Part shown: positions 45,691 through 56,800 of the stretch, piece after piece | How positions within the stretch are numbered: position 1 is the stretch's first letter | Layout: each line of letters opens with the position of its first letter | Source: Candidatus Sumerlaeia bacterium | GTDB taxonomy: Bacteria; Sumerlaeota; Sumerlaeia; MVZB01 | DNA length: 64,000 nt | Assembly: GCA_039683515.1 (NCBI GenBank) | Contig: JBDKRG010000038.1 | Location: 6,424-70,423, forward strand | Reading direction: 5' to 3' | The notes under the pieces: model-generated | Databases searched by the model: none | Told to the model about the DNA's origin: nothing | What the model saw: only the letters and a program-made list of their open reading frames with translations | Position numbers and translations under genes: made by a program

Positions 45691-48180
45691 ATGATGGTGG
45701 AGCGTTCCAGGGAATCCTTGGCGGCGGCGATGGCGGCGGTGCTGCTCGTCGGCGCGGGCATGCTGCTGCAGTTTTATCATCTGTCGCGCCCCAACTTTTA
45801 CCGCGACGTCCCCGCGCGCGACGGCGCCTACGTCCAGCAGATGAACCTGGACGGGACGTGGCTCGCCCCGAGCGTCGACGGCAAGCCGCAGTTCGACGTC
45901 TCGCCGATGCACCTGTGGTCGATCAAGGCCGCCTCGCGCCTGCGCCCCGAGGTCGAGTTCTTCCACGTCCGCGCCCCCGGCGCCCTGTGCGCGCTCCTGC
46001 TGGCGATCCTCGTCGGCTGGTGGTTCTACCTGCACGCCGTCCGCTACGGCCGCGAGGACATGGCCGAGGTCCCCCCCGAGGGCTTCGCCCTGCTGGCCGC
46101 CCTCGTGACCGCCTCCAGCCCGTTCCTGATCATGGCCGGCCGCTCCGGCACGCCCGTGGCGATGTTCACGCTCGTGTGGCTGGCGGCGGCGTTCTGCTGG
46201 GGCGAGTCGCTCGAGGCGCGCCGCTCGTTCTACGCCGGCCGCCCCTGGCGCGTGTGGGTGATCTGGGGTTACCTGCTCGCCGGCCTCGGCATGCTCGTCT
46301 ACGGCCCGGCCATGCTCGTGCTTTTGTGGGTCCCGTACGTCCTGGCCGCGCGCGCCTACCACCTCAACCGGCCGAGCTTCATCCACCTTCCGGGCCTCGT
46401 CCTGGCGCTGCTGATCGGCGCCTCGGCGCCGGCGGCCGCCTGCCTCGAGTGGCCCGACCGCTCCGCCGAAATCTGGCGCGCGTGGGCGACCCTGCCGCTC
46501 ACCGGCCAGCCCCCGGTCAGCCTCGCCGCCAAAGCCGGCCTGTTCACCCTGAGCCACCTGCCGTGGCTCCTCCTGGCGCTGATCATGTGCGTGCGCGTCT
46601 GGCTGCGCAAGGACCGCTCCCCCACCCTGGTTTTCTGGATGAGCTCGCTCGTCGGCCTGGCGGTCGTCCTCGGCGTGGCCGGCCCGCGGTCGGGCGGGGT
46701 GCTCCTGCCGCTCGTGCCGATCGTGGCGCTCCTCGCGGCCGACGCCCTCTACCGCTGGAACTTCGAGCACGGCTCCGCGATCCTGCTGCGCGCCGTCATG
46801 CGCGTGACGATCGTCGTCGGCATCCTCGTCGGCATTTTCCTGGCCGTCCTCACCGAATCCCGTCTCGGCCAGGCGCTCCTCGGCCTGCTGGCGCTCAGCT
46901 GGCTCGTCTGGACGATCCGCGTCCGCCGCCACGGCATCATCTACACCCAGTGGCAGACGACCGCGCGCCTGGCGACGATCATCCTGCTCATGATCATCGC
47001 CTGCGAGGCCGCCGTGCTCTCGGACTGGGTCCCGCGCGAATACATGTTCCACTCGACGATCGGCTACTTCGCCCGCGTCCACGAGCGGATGAAGAACGTC
47101 GACGCGCCGGCCGTCTACCTCGGCCGCCGCCTCCCCGGCCTGTACGCCTATTACCTGCACAACAAAACGCTGCGCCCCGTGGCCGACCTGAACCAGGTCA
47201 CCCGCATGCCCAATGGCCGGCAGATCCTGTTCACGCGCGGCAACTTCGAGGCCCTCGCCGGCAAGCCCGGCTTCGTCCAGCTGACGACCAACCCGCGCGG
47301 CGCTGACGCCCTGCGCCCCTATGACGCCATGTACCTCGTCCTGCCGGCCGGCGTCGACTCGACCACCATCCCGCTGCGGATCGCCCTCGTCGGCAACAGC
47401 GGCACGCGCCGCTCCGCCGTCCGCGACGTGGCGCGCAAGCTCGGCGAAGAAAACGACGCCGCCCCGCTCGACCACGTCCTCATGCTCGGCAACAATATCT
47501 GGGGCCCGCGGCTGACCGACCACCTCGACTTCACGTCGAGCTTCGAGCGCCCGTTCCGCAACCTGTTGCGCAAGGGCGTCCTGTTCCACGCCGTCCTCGG
47601 CCACGAGGACCAGTCCTACGGCTGGATCCAGACGCATTACCCGCCGTTCCACATGGAGGGGCGCCGTTACTACTCCGCGCCGATGCGCGACGGTCTCGTC
47701 GAATGCTTCATGCTCGACACCGAATCGATGAACGCCGGCAAGGCTCAAGCCGACGAGCAGATCGCGTGGCTCGACAAGGCGCTTGGGGCCTCGCGCGCCC
47801 GCTGGAAGATCGTCGGCATGCACGAGGCGCTCCTCACGGCCGCCGGCAAGGGCAAGGCCTCGCCCCAGCTCGCCGCCAGGCTCATCCCCCTCTTCGAGCG
47901 CCACGGCGTCAGCCTCGTCGCCTGGGGGAACAACCCCTGGTACGAGCGCCTGCGCCAGAAGCCGGCCGGCCCGGTCTACCTGAACGACGGCTGGAGCGGC
48001 AGCGCCGAGACGACCTCCTTCGCGCAGTCGCCCCTGCTGCAGGCGGCCAACTGCGAGCACGGCGGCTTCGTGCTGCTCGACGTGACCGACCGCGCGATGC
48101 GGCTGCGCGCGATCAACCGCAAGGGCGACCTGATCGACCAGCTCGAGATCCCCGCCCCCGCCGCGCCGCCGCGCCCATGA
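45691..48180 (+). CDS. ArnT/PMT-like (GT-C) membrane domain fused to a degenerate metallophosphoesterase domain
   Basis: YVQQMNLDGTWLAP...RAPGAL...GLGMLVYGP multi-TM N-terminal part; C-terminal calcineurin-like fold (ALVGNSG, MLGNNIW, VLGHED, MLDT, WKIVGMHE, WGNNPWYER). Confidence 0.75.
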   Translation: MMVERSRESLAAAMAAVLLVGAGMLLQFYHLSRPNFYRDVPARDGAYVQQMNLDGTWLAPSVDGKPQFDVSPMHLWSIKAASRLRPEVEFFHVRAPGALCALLLAILVGWWFYLHAVRYGREDMAEVPPEGFALLAALVTASSPFLIMAGRSGTPVAMFTLVWLAAAFCWGESLEARRSFYAGRPWRVWVIWGYLLAGLGMLVYGPAMLVLLWVPYVLAARAYHLNRPSFIHLPGLVLALLIGASAPAAACLEWPDRSAEIWRAWATLPLTGQPPVSLAAKAGLFTLSHLPWLLLALIMCVRVWLRKDRSPTLVFWMSSLVGLAVVLGVAGPRSGGVLLPLVPIVALLAADALYRWNFEHGSAILLRAVMRVTIVVGILVGIFLAVLTESRLGQALLGLLALSWLVWTIRVRRHGIIYTQWQTTARLATIILLMIIACEAAVLSDWVPREYMFHSTIGYFARVHERMKNVDAPAVYLGRRLPGLYAYYLHNKTLRPVADLNQVTRMPNGRQILFTRGNFEALAGKPGFVQLTTNPRGADALRPYDAMYLVLPAGVDSTTIPLRIALVGNSGTRRSAVRDVARKLGEENDAAPLDHVLMLGNNIWGPRLTDHLDFTSSFERPFRNLLRKGVLFHAVLGHEDQSYGWIQTHYPPFHMEGRRYYSAPMRDGLVECFMLDTESMNAGKAQADEQIAWLDKALGASRARWKIVGMHEALLTAAGKGKASPQLAARLIPLFERHGVSLVAWGNNPWYERLRQKPAGPVYLNDGWSGSAETTSFAQSPLLQAANCEHGGFVLLDVTDRAMRLRAINRKGDLIDQLEIPAPAAPPRP

Positions 48181-48962
48181 CGCGGCCGCGGCCGCTGACC
48201 GCGCTCCGCGACTGGGGCGCCGCCGTCGTCGATTTCCTCTACCCGCCCGTCTGCATGCTGTGTCTGGGCCGGCTCGGCCGGGGCGAGCGCATCGTCTGCG
48301 ACCGCTGCCGCGCGCGCCTCGCCCTGGAACCCCGCTGGCGCTGCGGCGTCTGCGGCGCGGCCGGGATCGGCGGCGAACCCGACCCGGGCCGCCGCTGCCG
48401 GCTCTGCCCGCCGTTGGGCGCGTCCTACAACGGCGTCCTGAGCGTGATCGGCTACGGCCCGCTCCCGGCGCGCTGCGTCCACCTGTTCAAATACCAGCGC
48501 CGGGTGGAGCTGGGCGAGCTCATGGCCCGGCTCATGTGCGAGCGCCTTGTCGGGCCGCTCGATACGTTATCGGGCAGGCTGGATGTCATCGCGCCGGTGC
48601 CGCTGCACTGGGCGCGGCGGATGGGCCGGGGGTTCAACCAGAGCCAGACGCTGGCGCGCCCGCTCGCCGTCGCGCTGGGGTTGCCGCTCGAGACGGACCT
48701 GCTGCGCCGTACGCGTTACACCCGGCGCCAGGCGCTCCTGCCCCGCGAGCGGCGCGGCGACAACATCCGCGGCGCCTTCGGCCTCGGCCGCGGCGCCGGC
48801 GTCGACGGCCTCGGCGTCCTGCTGGTCGACGACGTCGTCACCAGCGGTGCGACGATCGAGGAATGCGCCCGCACGCTGCGTGCCGCCGGCGCGCGCGAAG
48901 TCTGGGCCGCCAGCTACGCCCGCGCCGGCATGGGGGGAGGAGAAATGATGAATGATGAGTGA
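48177..48962 (+). CDS. comF: ComF family protein (double zinc ribbon plus phosphoribosyltransferase domain)
   Basis: LYPPVCMLC...CDRC, FKY, PVPLH...RGFNQS, LLVDDVVTSGAT; ATG overlaps the upstream stop. Confidence 0.92.
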   Translation: MTRPRPLTALRDWGAAVVDFLYPPVCMLCLGRLGRGERIVCDRCRARLALEPRWRCGVCGAAGIGGEPDPGRRCRLCPPLGASYNGVLSVIGYGPLPARCVHLFKYQRRVELGELMARLMCERLVGPLDTLSGRLDVIAPVPLHWARRMGRGFNQSQTLARPLAVALGLPLETDLLRRTRYTRRQALLPRERRGDNIRGAFGLGRGAGVDGLGVLLVDDVVTSGATIEECARTLRAAGAREVWAASYARAGMGGGEMMNDE

Positions 48963-49045
48963 TGAATGTGTCCGGTGATTCCGGCTCTCATCGCTCATCT
49001 CTCATCGCTCATCTCTTTTTTCATCATTCATCACTCATCACTCAA
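48943..49045. repeat. Inverted heptamer arrays between convergent genes
   Basis: (TGATGAA/G)n...(TCTCATC/GCTCATC)n(TCATCAT/C)n; overlaps both stop codons. Confidence 0.85.
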
Positions 49046-52000
49046 TACCGCTTCGCGCATCTTCGCCGCCAGCGTCTCCAGCGTGAACGGCTTCTGCAGG
49101 AAGTGGACCCCGCGGTCGAGCACGCCCCGGTGCGCGATCACGTCGGCCGTGTAGCCCGACATGAACAGGCACTTGATATCGGGCCTGAGCTCGTGGAGCC
49201 GCCGTTGCAGATCGCGCCCGCTCATTTCGGGCATGATGATGTCGGTCAGCAGCAGGTCGATCTTCCCCCGATGCTTCCGGAAAATCTCGATCGCCTCGCC
49301 CGGGCTCCTCGAGGCGAGGACCGTGTAGCCGAGGTTCTCCAGCATGTAGGTGGCCAGCTTCAGGAGCGCCGCCTCGTCCTCGACGAGCAGCACGGTTTCC
49401 GTGCCGCGGGGCGTCCCGGCCGGGGTGCGCGGCGCGTCGGCGTCGTCGCCCTCGACCTCGTGGCGCGGCAGGTGGATGTCGAACGTCGCCCCCCGCCCCG
49501 GCTCGCTGCGGACGTCGATGAACCCGTTGTTCTGCTTGACGATGCCGTAGACGGTCGCCAGTCCGAGCCCCGTCCCCTGCCCCTTGGCCTTGGTCGTGAA
49601 AAACGGCTCGAACAGGTGCGCCAGGGCCTCGCGGTCCATCCCGCAGCCGGTGTCGCTGACCTCGACCAGCACGTAGGGGCCGGGCAGCGCCCCGTCGCGG
49701 CTGCCGCCGTAGGATTCGCTGACTTCGACGTTGCTGGTCCGGATCGTGATCCTGCCGACGCCCGTGATCGCGTCGCGCGCGTTGACGACGAGGTTGGCCA
49801 GGATCTGGTCGATCTGCGCCGGGTCCATCATCACCGGCCACAGGCTCGCGGCCGGCTGCCATTCGAGCCGCGTGTCCTCGCCGATGAGCCGCCCGAGCAT
49901 GTTCAGCATCCCCTCGATCGTGCTGTTGAGGTTGAGGACCCTCGGCGCGATCGTCTGCTTGCGCGCGAAGGCCAGCAGCTGGCGCGTCAGCCCGGCCGAG
50001 CGCTCCGCCGCGCTGAGAATCTCCTGGAAGAACCGGCGCATGGGATCGTCCTCCCCGAGCCGGTCCAGCGCCATCTCCGAGTAGCCGACGATGACGTTGA
50101 GCATGTTGTTGAAGTCGTGGGCGACGCCCCCCGCCAGCCTCCCGACCGACTCCATCTTCTGCGCTTGCCGCAGCTGCGCCTCGAGCCTCCCCCGCTCCTC
50201 CTCGGCCCGCTTGCGCTCGCTGATGTTGCGCGCGATCCCCTCGACCGACGTCACGTTGCCGGCCCGGTCGAACAGCGGGATCTCGAACACCTCCAGGTGC
50301 CGCGACGAGCCGTCCTTGTGCTTGACCGCGACCTCGAACGGCGGCTGCGGCTCGCCCACAAGCGTCAACTCCGAGTGCCGGATCGCGACCTTGTTGATGA
50401 TCGAGTCCGTCAATGACTCCGAGAAATGGACCATGCATTCTTCGGGCGCCCAGCCGAGCACGTTCGACACCGACGGGCTCAGGTACGTGTAGACGCCGTT
50501 GCGGTCCTCCTGGTAGAGGAAATACTCGTTCTGAATCCCCTCGAGCAGGCGCCGGAATTTGTCCTCGCTGTCGCGCAGGGCGTCCTCGGCCTGGCGCTGA
50601 ACGACCGCCACCGCCAGCTGGCTGGCCAGCTGCTCCATGAACCCCACCAGCTCCGGCGTGAACCGCCCCGGAGCCCGGTCGTTGATCTGGATCAGCCCGA
50701 TGATCTGGTCGCCGTGGCGCAGCGGGATGAGCGCCACCGACTCGTAGCCGGCCTCGGTGCAGAAGCTGCGTGTCAGCGACCGGCGCTCCTCGTCGCTCAG
50801 CCCGGCCATCAGCTCCGTCGTGCCGTTGGTCCAGAAACTCCCGTTCGGCGTGCAGTACGGCAGGTCCGCGCCGATGCGCCCGCGCAGGATCCTGCCGCAC
50901 ATGCACTCGAGCACCAGGTTGCCGGTCTCGTCGCGGACGGGCCGCCCGTCGGCGTCGCGGCGGCAGAGCAGGTTTTCGCCCCCGATGAATTCGGGATCGA
51001 ACCCCCTCGATTCGCAGTACGGGAAATCCTCCCCCTCGCGCAGCCGGATCCCGACCGCCTCGCACCCGGTCCAGTTTTGCAGCAGGCCCAGCACCAGGCG
51101 GATCAGCTCGTGCAACTGGCTGCGGTCGTTGAGCAGCCGCAGCAGCTCCAGCATCGCCTCCCGCTCGCGCCGGCCGCGGCGCGTTTCCGTCACGTCCCGG
51201 AACGATTCCTGCACGACCTTCTGGCCCGCGATCTCGAGGATGTGCGCCTTGACCGCGACCTCCTTGAGCGGCCCCGATTTGGTCAGCAGCCGCTTCTCCG
51301 AGACCCGCCCGCCGTTGCCGGAGATCGCCGCCGGACCGGTCCCCCCCGCATCGGGCGGGTCCAGGACCGACAGCGGCCGCCCGACCAGCTCGGCCTTCGC
51401 ATAACCGGTCAGCTCCAGGAACGCCTCATTGCAGTCCAGCAGCGCGCCCGTCTCCGGGTCCGACAGCGCGATCCCCTCGATCGCCTTGTCGAACAGCGTC
51501 CGGTAGCGCGCCTCGCTCGCGCACAGCTCCTCCTCGGCCCGCTTGATGTCGACGAATTTCCACACCGCATCCATCAACAGCGTGAGCTGGAGCACGTCCG
51601 ATTCGTCATAATCCTCGGCCTTGTTGGCCACCCCCACCACCGCGACGATCTGGCCCTCCCGGAACACCGGAACGGTCATGAACTTGGTCAGCGGGGCATG
51701 CCCCTCGGGATAGCCGCGCTTGCGCGGGTGATCGGCATTGAAGTCGTTCAGGATGATCGGCTTGCGCTGGCGGACGGCCTCGCCCCACAGGCCCGTCTGG
51801 TCCAGCTCATAGATGTCGTGCGAATCCCGTATCGAGCATTGCGCCATGACCCCCAACGACCATGTGTTCAGGACGAAGAGCTTCTTGTCCTCGTGGTAGA
51901 AGAAGATGTAGCCGATTTCGCTTTCGGTCAGATTGATCGCCTCGTTGAGCGCGTTGTCCAGAAACTCCTGCGTCGTCTTGGCGCGATACTGCAAGATGCT

Positions 52001-53077
52001 CACGAGCCCCCGCAGCCGCGTTTCGGTGCGGCGGATCTGCTCCTCGGACCGCTTGCGCTCGGTGATGTCGCGGAAATACCAGACGCGGCCGTGGTAGCGC
52101 CCGTCCGCCCCGAACATCGGCGCCGAATAACGGTCCAAGACCCGGCCGTCGGCCAGAAGCAGCTCGTCATGGCCCGTCTCGGTCTTGTGGTCGTACAGGT
52201 ATCGAACCCGCTCCAGGAACGACGCCGGATCGGCGTTGCAGCTCGCCACGAACTGCAGGATCGGCCCGTCGTTGCCGCCCTCGATCAGCTCCGCCGGAAC
52301 CTCCCAGATCTCGACAAACCGCGGGTTGTGCATGAGGATGCGGCCTTGCTCGTCCACCACGAGAATCCCGTCAATCGAGGCCTTCATCTGCGTCGACAGC
52401 AGGACGTTCCCGAGCCGCAGCTCCTCCTCCGCCCGCTTCTGCTCGGTGATGTCCCAGACCGTGGAAACCACCACCCCCATGTCGGGCAGCGGCGTGTTCG
52501 TGACCGAGATGTAATGGGTCTCCTCGCCGCCGCGGGTGATGGGGATGCCGTCCCACCGCATCCGTCCGGCGTCCCCGCTCGCGCAATCCTCCAGCACGCG
52601 GGCCCGGAGTTCCTGCCTGAACTCCGGATCTTCATAGACGGCCTCCCAGAATGCATCCGGGTCGGCGAGCTTGTCGCGCGTCGTCCGGTGGATGGCCGCG
52701 AACGGATCGTTCATGTACTCGAACCGCGCCGGGTTCGACGTCGAAATCACCGCGATCCCGATCGGCAGGTTGTCGAACACCGTCTTGAGCTCGTTCCGGC
52801 TCTCCTGGATCGCCTTGCGCGACTCGAGCTCGGACTGCCGCATCGCGCGGCGGAGCGCCGCCTCGCGCCGCCGGCAGGCGATCACGACCACGGCCGGCAC
52901 GATCAGCGCCAAAACGATGAAGCCGACGGCGCCGGCCGCCTCGTATGGCTCGCGCCGCGCGCCGGCCGCCGCCCCGCCCTCGCCGCCGCAGCCCAGCAGC
53001 GCCATGAAGAGCGCACTCAACGCCAAAACCGCCGCGCGCGGCCGGCGTCCCCATCCGGTCCTGAACATCTCGGGCAT
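49031..53077 (-). CDS. Hybrid sensor histidine kinase/response regulator (TM, multiple PAS, 2 GAF, HisKA, HATPase, REC)
   Basis: GRLAGGVAHDFNN, NLVVNARDA, FEPFFTTK..GQGTGLGL, LLVEDE...LLTDIIMP...QKPF. Confidence 0.96.
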   Translation of the reverse strand: MPEMFRTGWGRRPRAAVLALSALFMALLGCGGEGGAAAGARREPYEAAGAVGFIVLALIVPAVVVIACRRREAALRRAMRQSELESRKAIQESRNELKTVFDNLPIGIAVISTSNPARFEYMNDPFAAIHRTTRDKLADPDAFWEAVYEDPEFRQELRARVLEDCASGDAGRMRWDGIPITRGGEETHYISVTNTPLPDMGVVVSTVWDITEQKRAEEELRLGNVLLSTQMKASIDGILVVDEQGRILMHNPRFVEIWEVPAELIEGGNDGPILQFVASCNADPASFLERVRYLYDHKTETGHDELLLADGRVLDRYSAPMFGADGRYHGRVWYFRDITERKRSEEQIRRTETRLRGLVSILQYRAKTTQEFLDNALNEAINLTESEIGYIFFYHEDKKLFVLNTWSLGVMAQCSIRDSHDIYELDQTGLWGEAVRQRKPIILNDFNADHPRKRGYPEGHAPLTKFMTVPVFREGQIVAVVGVANKAEDYDESDVLQLTLLMDAVWKFVDIKRAEEELCASEARYRTLFDKAIEGIALSDPETGALLDCNEAFLELTGYAKAELVGRPLSVLDPPDAGGTGPAAISGNGGRVSEKRLLTKSGPLKEVAVKAHILEIAGQKVVQESFRDVTETRRGRREREAMLELLRLLNDRSQLHELIRLVLGLLQNWTGCEAVGIRLREGEDFPYCESRGFDPEFIGGENLLCRRDADGRPVRDETGNLVLECMCGRILRGRIGADLPYCTPNGSFWTNGTTELMAGLSDEERRSLTRSFCTEAGYESVALIPLRHGDQIIGLIQINDRAPGRFTPELVGFMEQLASQLAVAVVQRQAEDALRDSEDKFRRLLEGIQNEYFLYQEDRNGVYTYLSPSVSNVLGWAPEECMVHFSESLTDSIINKVAIRHSELTLVGEPQPPFEVAVKHKDGSSRHLEVFEIPLFDRAGNVTSVEGIARNISERKRAEEERGRLEAQLRQAQKMESVGRLAGGVAHDFNNMLNVIVGYSEMALDRLGEDDPMRRFFQEILSAAERSAGLTRQLLAFARKQTIAPRVLNLNSTIEGMLNMLGRLIGEDTRLEWQPAASLWPVMMDPAQIDQILANLVVNARDAITGVGRITIRTSNVEVSESYGGSRDGALPGPYVLVEVSDTGCGMDREALAHLFEPFFTTKAKGQGTGLGLATVYGIVKQNNGFIDVRSEPGRGATFDIHLPRHEVEGDDADAPRTPAGTPRGTETVLLVEDEAALLKLATYMLENLGYTVLASRSPGEAIEIFRKHRGKIDLLLTDIIMPEMSGRDLQRRLHELRPDIKCLFMSGYTADVIAHRGVLDRGVHFLQKPFTLETLAAKMREAVLSDE

Positions 53078-53259
53078 GATCCAACCTCAATGACGTAACG
53101 AACATGAGCCGGTCCGGGAAAACACACCCGAACGGCCAATATTTGGCACGGCTACGAACCGGCGCATGTTACCCGAACGCACCGCTTTTTTACAGGAATA
53201 CCTTGGTTTTTTATAATAGTTATTATCATAACTTCTGCGATTGAACGCGCCAATTCGAC

Positions 53260-53275
53260 TGTGACATTATTCACT
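53260..53275. promoter_or_regulatory. Possible CRP/FNR- or Rex-like operator
   Basis: TGTGA-CATTAT-TCACT in the AT-rich region upstream of the hybrid kinase; a single motif match only. Confidence 0.3.
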
Positions 53276-53326
53276 GGCGCAATCATTTCAAGCCCTTGTT
53301 TTGCGGCTTGGAACCATGAACCGCAT

Positions 53327-53369
53327 AAAAGAACCGCCATTTCTCCGGCTGGGGGAGAAATGGCGGGCT
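53327..53369 (-). terminator. Intrinsic terminator downstream of csp
   Basis: CCGCCATTTCTCC/GGAGAAATGGCGG stem followed by TTCTTTT on the minus strand. Confidence 0.8.
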
Positions 53370-53439
53370 GCTCGCGCGTCTGGGCAGAGCTTTTCCAATG
53401 CCGTTCACGACTCGAAATTATGGCGGCTGGCGAGGCGGA

Positions 53440-53658
53440 TCAACTCACGTCGGACGTGTTGACCCGCACAACATTGATTGCCTTATCGCCCTTGGGCCCA
53501 TCGACGATGTCAAATTCCACGCTCTCGCCTTTGACAAGCGTCCGGTAACCGTCGCCTTGAATGTCCGAATAATAAACGAAGACATCCTTGCCGTCATCGC
53601 GCTCGATGAAGCCCCACCCTTTCTTGTCATGAAAAAACTTCACCTTGCCGATCGCCAT
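53440..53658 (-). CDS. Cold-shock domain protein
   Basis: GKVKFF..KKGWGFI (RNP1), DVFVYYSDI (RNP2), GPKG..A.NV; GAGG-like RBS. Confidence 0.95.
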   Translation of the reverse strand: MAIGKVKFFHDKKGWGFIERDDGKDVFVYYSDIQGDGYRTLVKGESVEFDIVDGPKGDKAINVVRVNTSDVS

Positions 53659-53907
53659 GTGAAACCCCTCACCTCGTAAACGCTGTTCGGTCGACGACTC
53701 GCTCCCACGGCAGCGGACCGTGATATCATTTGCCTGCGGCGTCGGCACGAACACAACCCTGTCGCCCTGGTTCTGTTTTGCGCCGGCGGAACCCACAACC
53801 ACGCAACCAACTCAAGATCCGGCTGCTCTCGCGCCGGCCTGATGAATCGTTGCGCCATGCTGCCAACCCTACATCGCGCAAAACAACTCACCGCTGTTTA
53901 ATGGCTC

Positions 53908-53938
53908 TACATTATTCATCACCCCCGCCCCCGGTCAA
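53908..53938 (-). promoter_or_regulatory. Probable csp promoter giving a ~245-nt 5' UTR
   Basis: TTGACC-N16-AATAAT (or N18-TAATGT) with an AT-rich upstream tract. Confidence 0.5.
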
Positions 53939-54506
53939 GCCAAATATCAAAATATAATTATAACATTACTAACATATGGGTTTTTATGCGTGAAACTCCG
54001 GATCATCAAAACATATCCCCACGGCCATCGCAAAACCCAATGTTTTCCGGCCTGAAATCGCAATCGGCTCATTCGGCCCGCCCCTCCCGCCGCCCCACTT
54101 TCGGATTGGTCGATTGAATGGGGGATTCCCCCAATTTATCATCCCCCGCCCATAACCCCATCATCCCCATTGCCCCCCATCCCCCCAATCCGGTTTGCGC
54201 TAAGCATTGTATGGGGGATTCCCCTATTTATAATCTTCGTTTCGGCTATTGATAATGTCGTTCGGAACAATCCACCCGCCCCTCCCAGCCAGATGCGGCG
54301 TCTCGTCCCAACGATCCCGGTTCGTCGAACCGCGAAGCCCTGGCGCGGCGGAGCCCCAACCAAAGGATAGGACATTCACCCTGAGCCCCCGAGAAATTCT
54401 CCGTTTCCTCCGTTGCCGTCTGTTCATTCCAGTCTTCAGGAATTTCTCCGCATCTCCGCCGAACTCCGCGCCTCTGCGACAAGATTGGGGTTTTCGTGGT
54501 TTTTCG

Positions 54507-54534
54507 TTGACTTTGCGGATGGGAGGACTAAGCT
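54507..54534 (+). promoter_or_regulatory. Probable gap promoter
   Basis: TTGACT-N16-TAAGCT with T-rich upstream tracts. Confidence 0.5.
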
Positions 54535-54662
54535 GTTTGGCCGGGTGTACCACGACTGTGACGAATATGCCCAATCGCCAGCCAGGCCATGCGAACCGGC
54601 CGGCCGACGTGCTAAAATCGAGGTTTCTAGAGTTCAACAAATAGCCACAGGAGGCGAATGTC

Positions 54663-55667
<1,005 letters not shown>

Positions 55668-55686
55668 GCATCACGCAATCGAGCCC

Positions 55687-55727
55687 GGGGGCGCGGGAGC
55701 GCAAAGCGCCCGCGCCCCTCTTTTTTA
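55687..55727 (+). terminator. Intrinsic terminator after gap
   Basis: GGGGCGCGGG...CCCGCGCCCC stem followed by TCTTTTTTT. Confidence 0.75.
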
Positions 55728-55884
55728 GGCACTCTTTTTCGTGCTCGTGTGGGGCCGGCGCCTCGCCGGCCATTCGCATTCGTGCTCGTGCTCGTAATCG
55801 TAATCGAAAATCGTAATCGGAAATCGGACCCTGCTTCATTCCGCAATCCGCAATCCGCAATCGCAAATTCAAAGGAGACTTCCC

Positions 55885-56637
<753 letters not shown>

Positions 56638-56800
56638 GTCGTTCCCGTGGGGCCGGCGCCCGCGCCGGCCCTCATTTTTTGTTTTTGGTGGTCAGTTTTT
56701 AACTTTTGGCCCAAACTTGTTTCCCAAGACCCCGGTCTGATGGTAGGCCGGGTCTCTGACCCGACAGCCCATAGGACCCATAGGACCCAGACCCAGTTCC

